Assembly (NCBI GenBank): GCA_038143065.1
Contig: JAYQLI010000035.1
Coordinates: 2,528,894-2,592,893, forward strand
Length of the DNA stretch: 64,000 nucleotides
Direction: 5' to 3'
Source: Rhodospirillales bacterium
Lineage (GTDB): Bacteria > Pseudomonadota > Alphaproteobacteria > Bin95
Of this stretch, positions 1 to 11,209 are shown one piece after another. Each line of letters begins with the position of its first letter. Position 1 is the stretch's first letter. A model generated the notes under the pieces. That model had not been told where the DNA came from, made no database searches, and worked only from the letters and a program-made list of their open reading frames with translations. The position numbers were made by a program, and so were the translations under genes.

Positions 1-232
1 TTAGTCGAGTGTTGTCTTTAAACCTTACGTCGATGCGACCGTCCTCAACGCTTTCGATTTCCATGTTTAAGATTACATCGTCGCGTGCGAACAGCGGTTG
101 GCGTTTTTCGCCTACTAGTGTCCCATAGCCATAGATTTCAACGAGCCTGACAGTGCCAACTTTTTCCGCATGTGCGGGTATCGAAACCAAGAAAAAAGCA
201 ACAATATGCGTCAGAATTAAAGCTAATCTCAT
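1..232 (-). CDS. Secreted FecR-domain-like protein, 5' part only (runs off the window start)
   Basis: Manual translation MRLALILTHIVAFFLVSIPAHAEKVGTV...EDGRIDVRFKDNTRL. AAGGAGG RBS precedes the ATG at 232. Signal peptide ending AHA and a FecR-like 'F.D.T.L' pattern. Confidence 0.55.
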   Translation of the reverse strand, partial: MRLALILTHIVAFFLVSIPAHAEKVGTVRLVEIYGYGTLVGEKRQPLFARDDVILNMEIESVEDGRIDVRFKDNTRL

Positions 233-286
233 CAAGGCCTCCTTTAGCATAAAACATCAACAAATTGATGATTAAAGTCTCCGTGT

Positions 287-1309
287 TTAGGTGTGTTTCT
301 GCCTGTTGAAATAGTTTTTGTTTAAAAATTCAATCTGCATGTCTTCGTAGATCACATCAGGATGCTTTGCAGGGTGTAAAGCATCCACGCAGCTAGCTAA
401 TGGTGCAATTTTCGCAGTTAAATTTGGAGCGAGGAAGAATGGAATAGAATATCGATCCACGCCAGAGTCATTAAAAACACGATGCGCTGTTGAGAGAAAT
501 CTATCGTTAGTCCATCGCCTCAGAGTATCCCCCGAATTCACAAGAAAAGTCCCTGGAATAATCGGTGCGGGAAGCCACTCCCCCTTAGTGGTACAGATCT
601 GCAATCCTGGAACGTTTGCCTGCGCAAGAAACGTAGAAAAATTCCTATCTGTATGAGGTGCGGTGCCAAATATGTTCTCTGCATAATCGCTTTTTGAAGC
701 AGTTGGATAGTGGATCATCCTGACTATCGTTTCGCTTTCCTTGAAGTAAGGTTCAAAGTAGTTGGGCTCCATACCAAAGGCGACAGCATAAGCAGGTAGC
801 AGCCGAAGACTGAACGACTCCATGGTGGTCATATATTTTTGCACTGTGGATTTGAATCCAGGAAGATTTTCTGGCCACTGATTTGGGTCACGAAGATCTT
901 TGCCAGCTTTAACATCTGGATCTTCGGGGTCCCTCTCGCGGCGCGCAAAAAATGACTCATTTTCATTAGGTTTTGGATTTTTGTTGAGAATGGAATGTCG
1001 CTGGGCGTGCCCCTTCAATGGCATATATCCGTTGTTAGAACGATTAAGGTGGATCTTCATTTTTCTTTCGAGGGGAAGCGCATGGAAGCGTTCCGTTTCC
1101 TCGAACATTCGCTCAATTAAATCAGAGGGAATGGGGTGCTCTGTAATATAAAAGAAACCAATGTTGGTCAGCGCGCTTCTAATGCCTTTAGCTAAGGCTT
1201 CTAAGGCGCCTGTCTCGCCTGCGAGGTATGCGGATATGTCGAGAATTGGTATCCCATCTCGTGTTTGGTCTACCATAGCCTCACTTGGTTGTTGCTTTTG
1301 AGCGCCCAT
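287..1309 (-). CDS. Isopenicillin N synthase family 2OG-Fe(II) oxygenase
   Basis: N-terminal IPILDIS...GFFYIT; HTD...H iron triad; RYSIPFF 2OG-binding motif. Confidence 0.9.
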   Translation of the reverse strand: MGAQKQQPSEAMVDQTRDGIPILDISAYLAGETGALEALAKGIRSALTNIGFFYITEHPIPSDLIERMFEETERFHALPLERKMKIHLNRSNNGYMPLKGHAQRHSILNKNPKPNENESFFARRERDPEDPDVKAGKDLRDPNQWPENLPGFKSTVQKYMTTMESFSLRLLPAYAVAFGMEPNYFEPYFKESETIVRMIHYPTASKSDYAENIFGTAPHTDRNFSTFLAQANVPGLQICTTKGEWLPAPIIPGTFLVNSGDTLRRWTNDRFLSTAHRVFNDSGVDRYSIPFFLAPNLTAKIAPLASCVDALHPAKHPDVIYEDMQIEFLNKNYFNRQKHT

Positions 1310-1594
1310 GCCCCCGTCCTCACTGATACTAGTCTTATGACCCGTTTAAAGTTGTATCGAGAAAATAACTTTCTCGAATGGAAAGCATAATGACTCAAAA
1401 AGCTCCGAATTTTTAGGAAAATGGAAGCAGGAGAAATTTCGGAAGATTTTAAGTGTTCGGCTATATTCCATGTGATGTGATAAGGCTTTGTGAAAACCTC
1501 TTTTATGAGAAGCCGGTTTGGCGGTATTCATGCGCCTCTTCAAGAAATTGTTTTTTGCACAAGTCGACTTTAACCATTTAGTACGGATTACATC

Positions 1595-2881
1595 TTGAAT
1601 TCCGCAAACGCAGAACATCAGTCCGAAGTTCCCCAGGGGTATAAAGACCCTTCTTTTCGACAAGGGTTTTCTAGCGTTTTGGGTGGCAGGCACCTAATCG
1701 GAGTAATTAGGTGGCTACAGCTTTTAGCGTTGAGCGTTTACACTCTAGAGATTACAGCGTCGCCTTTCTTAGTATCCATGGTGCCGCTCTTGTTCATGGC
1801 TCCAATGGCTTTAACTGGTCCGCTATGGGGCGTAGTTGCCGATAGAACAGACCGGAAGCATCTATTTATTGGAACAACAGCGCTCGTTTGCTCCGTATCA
1901 TTAATCATGGCGTATGTGGCGCATGTGGGCGAATTAGTATTTGGCCATATCGCCATAGCATCTCTTCTGGCTGGGGTTTTCTGGGCCACCGATATGCCGA
2001 TACGACGTCGGCTGATAGGAGATTTATCTGGAAATGCACTAGCGCCAGCGATGAGCCTGGATGCTGCAACTGGCAATGCTACTCGAATGCTCGGCCCGCT
2101 TCTCGGTGGACTGACGTTGCAGTTAATGGGAATAGCAGGTGTCTTCGTGTTTAGCTTTGTCTGTTATACCGTAGTTTTGCTGCTAGTAGCATCAGTGCAG
2201 TTACCTCAAATTAAAGCCTTATCCAAATCTACTACGTCTCTGTTTAATGATCTCGGAGGCGGCGTTCGACTAGTAGCTAGTGATATATGGCTCAAGCTAG
2301 TGCTATCGGTAACCATAGTTTTTAATATTTTTGGTTTTGCCTTTACGTCCATGATTCCTGTTTTGGGTGCGCGGCAACTAAAACTTGACCCTTTCTGGGT
2401 TGGGGTGTTGTCGAGTTTGGAGGGGCTTGGTGCTTTTGTTGGAGCGATTATGGTTGCGGTGATAGCGCGACCTGAAATTCACTTTAAAATCTACTTTCGT
2501 GGCGTTGGAGTGTATTTGGCCCTTGTGGGTCTTCTGGCTGGACTAGCAATTAATATCTCCAACATCAGTCTTCCGTTTATTGCGTGCGGGGCAGTTTTAG
2601 TTGGGATTGGTATTGCTGGAGCCTGTTTCTCAGCAATGCAAAGCACTCTCTCTTATTTAGCAGCACCTCCGGCTTTCAGAAGCCGTGTTCTTGGTGTGCT
2701 TACTTTATGTATAGGCACTGCCCCAATCGGCTTTTTTTGTATTGGGTGGGTTGCCGAGGAATTCAGCGCGCCAGTAGCACTGTTCATGACATCTCTTATA
2801 GGTCTTGCTGCACTTGGATTTGTTCGTTTCCGTTACCGATTAGCGGGGTCCGTGCCACCATCATCCAAGGATAAAAGTTAG
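1595..2881 (+). CDS. MFS transporter
   Basis: About 12 hydrophobic segments; motif A 'GVVADRTDRK'. Confidence 0.88.
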   Translation: MNSANAEHQSEVPQGYKDPSFRQGFSSVLGGRHLIGVIRWLQLLALSVYTLEITASPFLVSMVPLLFMAPMALTGPLWGVVADRTDRKHLFIGTTALVCSVSLIMAYVAHVGELVFGHIAIASLLAGVFWATDMPIRRRLIGDLSGNALAPAMSLDAATGNATRMLGPLLGGLTLQLMGIAGVFVFSFVCYTVVLLLVASVQLPQIKALSKSTTSLFNDLGGGVRLVASDIWLKLVLSVTIVFNIFGFAFTSMIPVLGARQLKLDPFWVGVLSSLEGLGAFVGAIMVAVIARPEIHFKIYFRGVGVYLALVGLLAGLAINISNISLPFIACGAVLVGIGIAGACFSAMQSTLSYLAAPPAFRSRVLGVLTLCIGTAPIGFFCIGWVAEEFSAPVALFMTSLIGLAALGFVRFRYRLAGSVPPSSKDKS

Positions 2882-2960
2882 CTCAAAGCTGCTAAAAGGA
2901 TTGCTATGCTGTTTCGTTTGGCTACGCTTTGTTCAAGTCGAGGGAGGCACTTAGATCAAG

Positions 2961-4562
2961 ATGGAAACAATAGAAGAAGTCTTTGATTACATCATTATTG
3001 GGGCAGGTTCAGCAGGGGCTGTGCTTGCCAACCGGCTTAGTGCAGATGGAAGGACAAGAGTTTTACTGCTTGAAGCAGGAAAGCCAAACAATATCTGGAC
3101 GCGCATTCCAATCGGTTTTGGCAGATTAATCGAAAACCCAGCTGCAAATTGGTGCTACAGCGCCGAACCAGAGGAGAATACTAACGGACGCCGCATGCCT
3201 GTTCCTCGTGGTAAACTCTTGGGAGGTTCAAGTGCAATAAATGGCATGATTTTTGTCAGAGGCCAGCCGCTAGATTATGACACCTGGGCTCAACTTGGAA
3301 ACCGAGGCTGGAGCTATCGTGAGGTGCTTCCGTTCTTCCAAAAGATGGAACATTTTGATGGAGGTGAGGAAGAGTATCGCGGTCGCTCAGGACCTCTGAA
3401 GGTTACGGAGATACCTGAGGTCGAGCCTCTTTATCAGGCAATCTTAGACGCTAGCCAGCAAGCCGGCTTACCTTTTAATTCAGATTATAATGGAGCCAGT
3501 CAAGAAGGAGTCTCAATAAGTCAGACAACAATATCTAGGGGGCGCCGTCAAAGCACGGCCCATTGTTACCTTGAACCGGCCAAAACTCGAAGCAACCTTA
3601 TAATTATATCTGAAGCGTTAGCCGATCGTTTGCTTTTTGAGGGCAGTCGATGCGTTGGTGTTTCTTATTCCAGAAGGGGAACTGTTCATAAAGCGCGAGC
3701 CGGCCGAGAGGTGATAGTATCTGCAGGCTCGGTTAAATCTCCACAATTGCTAGAACTCTCGGGTATTGGTCAATCTTCCCGTCTGCGAAATCTTGGAATC
3801 GATGTAGTACATGACTTGGCAGGTGTAGGAGAAAATTTGCGAGATCATTACGCTCCCCGGATGCGTTGGCGAATTGGGGCTCGAGGCTTCACTTATAATG
3901 ATAAAGCTCGCGGTCTCGGCATTGTTCGAGAAGCTTTCAAATTTTTCTTTAAACGCACAGGCTTATTAGGCCTGCCAGCAGCACCTGTACGAGTATTTTT
4001 CAGAACCAGAGAAGGCTTAGAGTCACCAGATGCTTGCATCGGTTGGTTTCCGCTTCTAGTGGCGCCAGGCTATAGGATTGACGAAGAGTCTGGCATTACG
4101 ACTTTTACGCATCCTCTTCGGTCTGAAAGTACAGGTAGTATTCATATCGGAAGTGATGATCCATCTGTTCAGCCGGAAATTAATTTCAATTTTCTTTCAT
4201 CGCCGCCAGATGCTGAAATTACTTTGCATGGAATCCGGATGACTAGAGAAATAATGGGTATGCCCGCTATGCAGCATCTTCAGGTTGAAGAGATATTTCC
4301 CAATCTAGGTTTACAAGATGATGATGAACTTATGGCTTGGGTTAAGCAAACGGCCGAAACGACTTATCACCCAGTCGGTACTTGTAAGATGGGTTCTGAC
4401 CCTTTGGCGGTGGTCGACGAGCGCCTGCGAGTGCATGGCTTGACCGGTTTAAGGGTGGCAGATGCATCGATCATGCCTACTTTGTCTTCTGGGAATACTA
4501 ATGCGCCTTCAATTATGATTGGTGAGAAAGCTTCTGAAATGATCTTAGCTGACGCAGCCTGA
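2961..4562 (+). CDS. GMC family oxidoreductase (choline/alcohol dehydrogenase-like)
   Basis: GAGSAG FAD motif, PRGKLLGGSSAINGM, YHPVGTCKMG, GNTNAPSIMIGEKA. Confidence 0.93.
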   Translation: METIEEVFDYIIIGAGSAGAVLANRLSADGRTRVLLLEAGKPNNIWTRIPIGFGRLIENPAANWCYSAEPEENTNGRRMPVPRGKLLGGSSAINGMIFVRGQPLDYDTWAQLGNRGWSYREVLPFFQKMEHFDGGEEEYRGRSGPLKVTEIPEVEPLYQAILDASQQAGLPFNSDYNGASQEGVSISQTTISRGRRQSTAHCYLEPAKTRSNLIIISEALADRLLFEGSRCVGVSYSRRGTVHKARAGREVIVSAGSVKSPQLLELSGIGQSSRLRNLGIDVVHDLAGVGENLRDHYAPRMRWRIGARGFTYNDKARGLGIVREAFKFFFKRTGLLGLPAAPVRVFFRTREGLESPDACIGWFPLLVAPGYRIDEESGITTFTHPLRSESTGSIHIGSDDPSVQPEINFNFLSSPPDAEITLHGIRMTREIMGMPAMQHLQVEEIFPNLGLQDDDELMAWVKQTAETTYHPVGTCKMGSDPLAVVDERLRVHGLTGLRVADASIMPTLSSGNTNAPSIMIGEKASEMILADAA

Positions 4563-4609
4563 TTTGACGTCTGAAATTAAGATGAGTTTTTTAAGTGGAG
4601 GGCTAGGAT

Positions 4610-5440
4610 ATGTCTATGAAAATTAAGCCAATTAGCGATGCATTAGGTGCAGAGGTTTTTGGCATTGATTTCAGAAATCCTGTTTTAGATAGTGAACTTC
4701 AAACGCTTAAATCAGAGTTGGCAGAGCACCTGGTCTTGGTCGTGAGGAAACAAAATCTAACCCCAGATCAACTCGTTGCTTCTGTGCGAATGTTTGGCGA
4801 AATCATGCCTCAGCACCTAACTGAAATGCTAATGCCTGAGCATCCGGAGGTCGCAGTTCTAGATAGTAGGAATGTTCAGCCTGGACCAGATGGAAGATCC
4901 ATGCCAGTTGGTTCTAGAGCTTGGCATACCGATCATACTAACCATGCCATGCCACCAAAGTTTACGGTGTTATATGCCGTCAATCTTCCAGAAACTGGCG
5001 GTGATACCAGTTTCGCAAATATGCAAAGAGCTTATGATCTTTTGTCAGAGGACGAGCGCAAAGAGTTAGTAAATCTGCGCACTTTGAACAAAATTGAAGA
5101 TCATTCGTATGTTAGTGATGAAGACCGAAGCCGATTTGGTGAAAGACAAAGTCATCCGCTGATCCGCACTCATCCCGATACGGGAAGGCAAGGTATCTAT
5201 TTACACCCCGGAAAGACAGAATCTATCGAAGGCATGACGCCTGAAGCTAGCCGTATTTTTGTAGATCAGTTGCTCGACAAAACTATAGTTTCGGAAGTCA
5301 TCTACCGGCACCGTTGGCTTCCTGGAGATTTAATAATCTGGGACAATCGTGGGGTTTCTCATCGGGCGCATGCTGATTACGATTTGAAAATTGGACGTGT
5401 GATGCATCGTGTTTTGGTGAGGGGAGAGGTGCCGTTTTAG
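4610..5440 (+). CDS. TauD/TfdA family 2OG-dependent dioxygenase
   Basis: WHTD, GGDTSFANM and WDNRGVSHRA motifs. Confidence 0.9.
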   Translation: MSMKIKPISDALGAEVFGIDFRNPVLDSELQTLKSELAEHLVLVVRKQNLTPDQLVASVRMFGEIMPQHLTEMLMPEHPEVAVLDSRNVQPGPDGRSMPVGSRAWHTDHTNHAMPPKFTVLYAVNLPETGGDTSFANMQRAYDLLSEDERKELVNLRTLNKIEDHSYVSDEDRSRFGERQSHPLIRTHPDTGRQGIYLHPGKTESIEGMTPEASRIFVDQLLDKTIVSEVIYRHRWLPGDLIIWDNRGVSHRAHADYDLKIGRVMHRVLVRGEVPF

Positions 5441-5556
5441 GCGTTTCTTTCTCATCCGGTATTTTTTAATAAATCTTAGTTTTTCATTGTTACTAAAAGC
5501 TCATCATGGCAGCATGATTTGACTTTACATCTGCTTATTTAAAGGAAGCTATTGGC

Positions 5557-6438
5557 ATGGTTGCGCCCCCAGTAGGCCAAATACCTGGCATTTATCATCG
5601 ACAGGTTGGAGACATAACTGTAACGGTCGTTTCCGATGGATACTTAATGGGAACGTTGGACGTTCTGCATAATATTGCTGAAGAAGATGCTCAACGAATG
5701 ATTGTTGATGCCTTTGGTCCTGCAAAAGGTCGTAAGACTTCAGTGAATACCTTTTTGATCCATTCCCACGGTAAGCTTGCTTTAGTTGACACTGGGTGTG
5801 GCACCTATATGGCAGACACAGGTGGCTGGATGATGCAAAATCTTCAGGCGGCTGGCATTAAGCCAACGGATATAGATACTATTCTACTCACTCACATGCA
5901 TCCTGATCATTCGGCTGGTCTGAGCGACAGAAATAGCTGGACACCGTTTTTCCCAAATGCCGAGCTTGTATTTCATGAGAACGAGCTGAAGCATTGGGAA
6001 GATGACGCAGCTATGGCCCGGGGTACGGACCGCGAAAAACAACTTTTTTTTCAGGCCACTCGAGAGCAGGTCGCACCTTATAAAAAACAAATGCGAATGT
6101 TTGCCGATGGTGACGAAGTGTTCCCTGGTGTGATCGCAATTGCTGCTCATGGACATACGCCAGGCCATAGCATGTTCAATGTTCAATCAGGTAATGAGCA
6201 GCTTTTGATTTGGGGTGACATTATGCATGTCCCTGATATCCAGGCCCCGATGCCCCATGTCACTATGGCTATGGATAGTGACCCGGCTCAGGCAGGAGCT
6301 ACCCGCCAGCGTGTATGTGATATGGTGGCAAGTGACAGGCTATTAGTTGCTGGCATGCACCTTCACTTTCCTGCCTGCAGTTATGTTGTGCGCGAGGGTA
6401 GTGGCTTCAAAGTCATCCCTGAGCGCTGGCAGCTATAG
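5557..6438 (+). CDS. MBL-fold metallo-hydrolase (lactonase/methyl-parathion-hydrolase-like)
   Basis: LVDTG, THMHPDH, GHTPGH, WGDIMH and GMHLHFP motifs. Confidence 0.88.
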   Translation: MVAPPVGQIPGIYHRQVGDITVTVVSDGYLMGTLDVLHNIAEEDAQRMIVDAFGPAKGRKTSVNTFLIHSHGKLALVDTGCGTYMADTGGWMMQNLQAAGIKPTDIDTILLTHMHPDHSAGLSDRNSWTPFFPNAELVFHENELKHWEDDAAMARGTDREKQLFFQATREQVAPYKKQMRMFADGDEVFPGVIAIAAHGHTPGHSMFNVQSGNEQLLIWGDIMHVPDIQAPMPHVTMAMDSDPAQAGATRQRVCDMVASDRLLVAGMHLHFPACSYVVREGSGFKVIPERWQL

Positions 6439-6539
6439 CTCTCTTTATTAGTTTGAAGGCAATCTATCACTATATGACGTCAGTTTAAATTCTGTAGACC
6501 ACAGTTGGGCGGCGACTTTGATCCGTCGCTGCTCCGTCT

Positions 6540-8153
6540 TTAGGCTACCGTAAAACCCTTATAATTTTTGTTCAACTACGTCTTCACATATGTCTCGATA
6601 GCGAGCCATGCCCCCAGCATAGGGTAAGAAGACACGAGGTTTTCCTGGAACATTTGCGCCAAGATACCATGAGGATTTTGCCGTAATTAGCAGGGTGGCT
6701 TGAGCGGCTTTTTGAACTTGGGTTTCCCATTCATTAACAGCTGTAGAAGTGGGCTCCATGCAGCTTGCGCCAATTTGGTCAATGTGAGTAATAGCATTGG
6801 CTATCCACTCAGCATGTTGCTCGATTGCAACTGGCATGTTCGTTAATACAGATGGACTTTGTGGCCCAGTAATTGTGAACAAGTTAGGGAAGCCTTCGAC
6901 TTGCAAGCCGAGATAAGTCTTTGGGCCTTCCTGCCAAGCCTCCCCAAGAGAACGACCATCGCGGCCAATAAGATTAAGCCTTGTTAAAGGACCGGTCACT
7001 CCGTCATAACCAGTAGCAAACACAATAATGTCTAGATCGTACTCAGTGCCGTCAGACGTCCGCAGACCACGAGGTGTGATTGCTTCAATGGGTGCTGATT
7101 TAACATCGACAAGAGACACGTTTTCACGATTGTATGTTTCAAAGTAGTGGCTATCGATGATTGGCCGTTTTGTAGAATAATGATGGTCAAAAGCGGTTAG
7201 TATTTCTGCTGTTATCGGGTCTTTTACGGTTTCACGAATTTTTCTTGTTACGAAGTCTGCCATTACCTTATTAGCGGCTTCATCCACCATGATATCATTG
7301 AAGACTGCCCTGAACTGCATTCCCCTACTTGCCATGCTGCCTCTAGCAACCTTTCCTGCTCATCAACAGAAGTTTCAACTGCTCTCCGATTTTCAACGCT
7401 CCAAGGATGACCATTGGTCGTTGCTTTCATATTGCTTGCGATCTCTTCAAAATTTTTGTGGACCGAGCGTTTGAAGTCTTCTGTCAGAGGTGCGTTGCGT
7501 GCAGGGACCGAATAGTTTGGAGTTCGTTGGAACACAGTGAGATGATGCGCTTTTTTAGCAATGACAGGAGTTGCTTGAACCCCAGTTGAGCCAGTGCCAA
7601 TTAAACCGACACGTTTTCCAGAAAAATCTACCCCATCTTGAGGCCATGATCCTGTATGTATCCATTGACCTTTGAAGCTATCAAGGCCCTTAAAGTTTGG
7701 AATATTAGCAGCTGAGAGGCAGCCAACCGCCGTGATTAAAAAACGAGCAGTATATTCGCCGTGATTTTCGGTCTTTATTCTCCAACTACGCGCATCTTCA
7801 TCCCAGGAGGCTCCAGAAACTCTCGTATCAAATTGAATATCTTTCTTTAGATCCAATTGATCCGCGGCAAAATTTAGATACCGCATGATTTCTGGTTGTT
7901 CGGGGTAACGCTCTGACCAATCCCAACTGCAGTAAAGTGACTCAGAAAACGTGTAACAGTAAGCATGGCTTTCCGTATCACAGCGAGCTCCTGGATAACG
8001 GTTCCAGTACCATGTTCCACCCACACCGCTGCCCTGTTCAAGAACTCGAACCTTTAGGCCGAGTTTGTCTCTCAGAAGGTGGAGCTGATACATCCCAGCA
8101 AATCCAGCTCCAATGATAATAGCATCGAATTGGGCCTCAGATGTCTCAGACAT
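6540..8153 (-). CDS. Baeyer-Villiger monooxygenase (cyclohexanone monooxygenase-like), frameshifted near 7300 and 6560
   Basis: [25 protein letters not shown] fingerprint FKGQWIHTGSWP, GTGSTG, ATGYD. ORFs 7263..8153 and 6559..7335 join. Confidence 0.88.
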
Positions 8154-8316
8154 GTTCCTTGAATTCCTTTATCCTTGCAGGTTGATGTGTAGACACCTCA
8201 ACGTATTTTGATTGAAAAGTTGAGAGTTGAACCAAGCATATTACTAGGAAGAATACCCATATTTTATTCTAAGAAAATAAATTTTCTGTTAATTTCCGTA
8301 TCGTTAATCCAACCCT

Positions 8317-9718
8317 TCATCTAGGTTGCCATTCGGCGGAATTGCCTCCAAGGGCGGGGGAGGGAAGTTCCCAAAAGGCTGCGTCTCTGACATTTGCAAC
8401 ACAGGTGCCAAATGGCGAATAGGACCTGCTGCCGTCTTACTTTCGCATCTGTAATTATCTAATTCTGATGTTGGAAAGTCATAGTTTGGTTCAGAGAATT
8501 TTACATTTCCTTGACGATAAATGAACATCCCCTGATTGACACAGAGAGACGCGGACATGGTAGCTACCACCGTCTCTAGCGCGGCGTGCCAAAGCTAAAA
8601 GAACGCCGTACGCTGCAAGATAGCCGGTGGTGTAATCATTTGGCGGCGGCAGGGAGTAGTTTTGGGCGTTCGGGAGAGCCTTTGGAGCAATACCCGTTAC
8701 TGTTTGGGCCACTTGTTCCCAGCCTGCTCTATGGCTGAAAGGACCGTCGGCGCCGAAACAGCTTATTGACACATAAATTATACCTGGGCGGATCGTTGCC
8801 AGGTCATCTGGTGCAAAACCATGGCTGGCAAGAATGCCGGGGCGGTATCCTTGGGTAAAGATATCGGCATCACTTGCTAACAATTTGAGTTTTTCGGCAT
8901 CTTTGTTGTCTCGCAGATCCAAAAAACAACTGCGTTTCCCATGGCTTGTATCAATCACATGTTCAGCAATTTGGGGCAGATGGGGAGCGGTTACCATGAG
9001 AACATCGGCACCATGTTCAGCAAGTGAACGGGCAGAAATTGGTCCAGCTAGAATTCTTGTTAAATCCAGTGCTCGAATTCCTGATAATGGACGTGGCCCA
9101 TCTGGCAATGGTTCAGGGTCACTATCACCAATTTTTATAATTTCAACGATCGGCTTTCCCGCTAACACTTTGCCATGTTCAGTCGTTAGCCACTCTTCGT
9201 TACTTCGTACCATAGCTCCGCAGGCGCGAATTTCGTCGATTGCTTGTTCAAGTTCGATAGCATCGTGGCGGGAAACAGCGGCTGCAACACTTTGGGATTG
9301 GGCTCCGCGCCGAGCAAGTTGAGAACCCGTTTTTGCAGGTGAGGTAAGCCAAAGTGAGGTAAAAACCACCGTCCATCTTTTGTTGGCCAAGGCTGAGTTA
9401 TTGCGATCATGTCCTCATGGGCCCGATTTACGCAATTTTTCCAGCCACCATTATTGCCGTCGGACGCTGCAAATAATTTGAGCTTCGAAGAGCGGCTGCT
9501 GTGTGACGCATATTGACTTTCACCTTTTGGCGTCTGCCGGTTTTCATCTCCCAAATATCGTTAGCTGCAACACCAATTCCAGCCAGAACGGCGGCAGCCG
9601 TTGTCCCTATACGAAATTTAGTGGAAAGGATTGGTTCGCTTCCTATGATCTCTACTTCCTCAGGCTCTGGAGAAGTGAGGGACCGGATCGACATAACTTC
9701 TTCGAACGGTGTTAGCAT
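8317..9718 (-). CDS. CaiB/BaiF family III CoA-transferase (two-domain type), several frameshifts
   Basis: PLSGIRALDLTRILAGP, HGKRSCFLDL, QGYRPG. Fragments 9428..9718, 9186..9554, 8491..9390 and 8304..8570. Confidence 0.82.
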
Positions 9719-9814
9719 TTTTAGGATTCCATTTTTGAATAATGAGGGTCCGATATCTGGAGTAGAGTCAACCCGAGATTAATCTTAGCTTAAACCTTTG
9801 CTGGGAGGGTGTTC

Positions 9815-10693
9815 ATGAGGCAAATCAAGATTGGTGACATAACTATTGATGCTGTTATTGAGAGGGATGGCCCTTGGCGCAAACCTGAGGACTTCTTTCC
9901 AGACTTCGATGAAGCAACTTTCCAAGCACATGTTACAAAGATGGAGCCAGAGGTGTTTGACCCCACTACTGGGAAGTTGGTGATGACTTACCAGACCTTT
10001 GTTATCCGAACACCAAATCTCACTATTTTAGTTGATACGTGTGCTGGTGAGCATAAAGGCCATCCGGCACCATTTGATTTTCCTGGCAAAGAACGCTGGC
10101 GGGAAGAATTATTCGCGCTTAAGCGTAAAATTTGAAGATGTAGACTACGTTTTTTGCACTCACTTGCATTGATCATACAGGATGGAATACAACCCTGAAG
10201 GATGGTCGTTGGGTCCTACATTCCTAATGCAAAATACATTTTCCATAAGGGTGAATATGCGATTTGGGAGGCTGAGCATTTAAAAAGGGTGCAAATCCTC
10301 CAGGTACAGTTTTTCGCGATAATTGTTTGCCAATAGTAGAGGCAGGGCAAGTTCCTATTAGTTGACGACGACTACAAACTAGATGATCTGGTAACTCTTA
10401 CCCCCAACTCCAGGTCACTCACCTGCCATTGTTGGCGTTAACCTTCATTCTAAAGGTGAAACAGCGATTATTACTGGGGACATGATGCACCATGCCATTC
10501 AGTGCAGAGAGCCCGATTGGTCGGTCAATCCAGACTGGGATCAAAAGGAGGCAGCTCGCTCTCGTCGAAAATTTTTGTCCGAGGTGGCTGGAACCGATGT
10601 GCTTCTTTTGCCCATACACTTTCCCGCTCCGACAGCGGGTACTGTCACGATGGATGGCCTGATCGTTTCGACTATAAATTTAAGAGGGACTAG
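9815..10693 (+). CDS. MBL-fold metallo-hydrolase, several frameshifts
   Basis: ILVDTC, 'FCTHLH.DHTGWNT' across a frameshift, TPGHSP, GDMMHH, PIHFPAP. GGAGGG RBS. Confidence 0.8.
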
Positions 10694-11157
10694 AGAATTT
10701 CGTATACGTCGTATGCGGGTCCCGATGGATCTCTTCGGCCGACAGCAACTGTGAGAATGCTGTTAAGCCACATGTATTTTTTAGACGCGGTTTCAAACCT
10801 TGGTGATGTGCGAAAATAGTAAAGGTTTGGATCAACATCCTTGCCCTTTAAGAGATCTGCCATCACAGCCTCAGGGCCATGCCGAAAGCCATGATAAATT
10901 GTGTACAGAAGCGCGCCATCATCTGTTTCTAAGGTCATCCGAACGTCAATTTTAGAAACTCCGTCGGTACCTGTGAGCAACCAATCTCCACCCCCGTCGT
11001 GGATATGTCCTTTTAATTTTGGCCCAGAAAAAGTTCCACCTGTAATGCGTGCGACTAAGCGGTCACCATGTGGTGTTCCTCCAACATCTGTGAGAGGAAG
11101 GTGGACATTCAGTGCCAAGCGGCAGAGAAATTCTGTTTTTAGCTGCATGCGGTCCAT
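10690..11157 (-). CDS. DUF3237 (UPF0311) family protein
   Basis: GGTFSGPKLKG, GGGDW, DVRMTLETDDGALLY, YFRTSPRFET. Confidence 0.85.
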   Translation of the reverse strand: MDRMQLKTEFLCRLALNVHLPLTDVGGTPHGDRLVARITGGTFSGPKLKGHIHDGGGDWLLTGTDGVSKIDVRMTLETDDGALLYTIYHGFRHGPEAVMADLLKGKDVDPNLYYFRTSPRFETASKKYMWLNSILTVAVGRRDPSGPAYDVYEIL

Positions 11158-11209
11158 TGAAATCTCCGTTTTCTTGGTTGCTCAAAACTGTCACCAATGC
11201 AGAGTTAAC

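Noticed and set aside
2961-4562. betA gene symbol for the GMC enzymes
   Set aside because: Only family-level motifs are present, with no betB/betI context.
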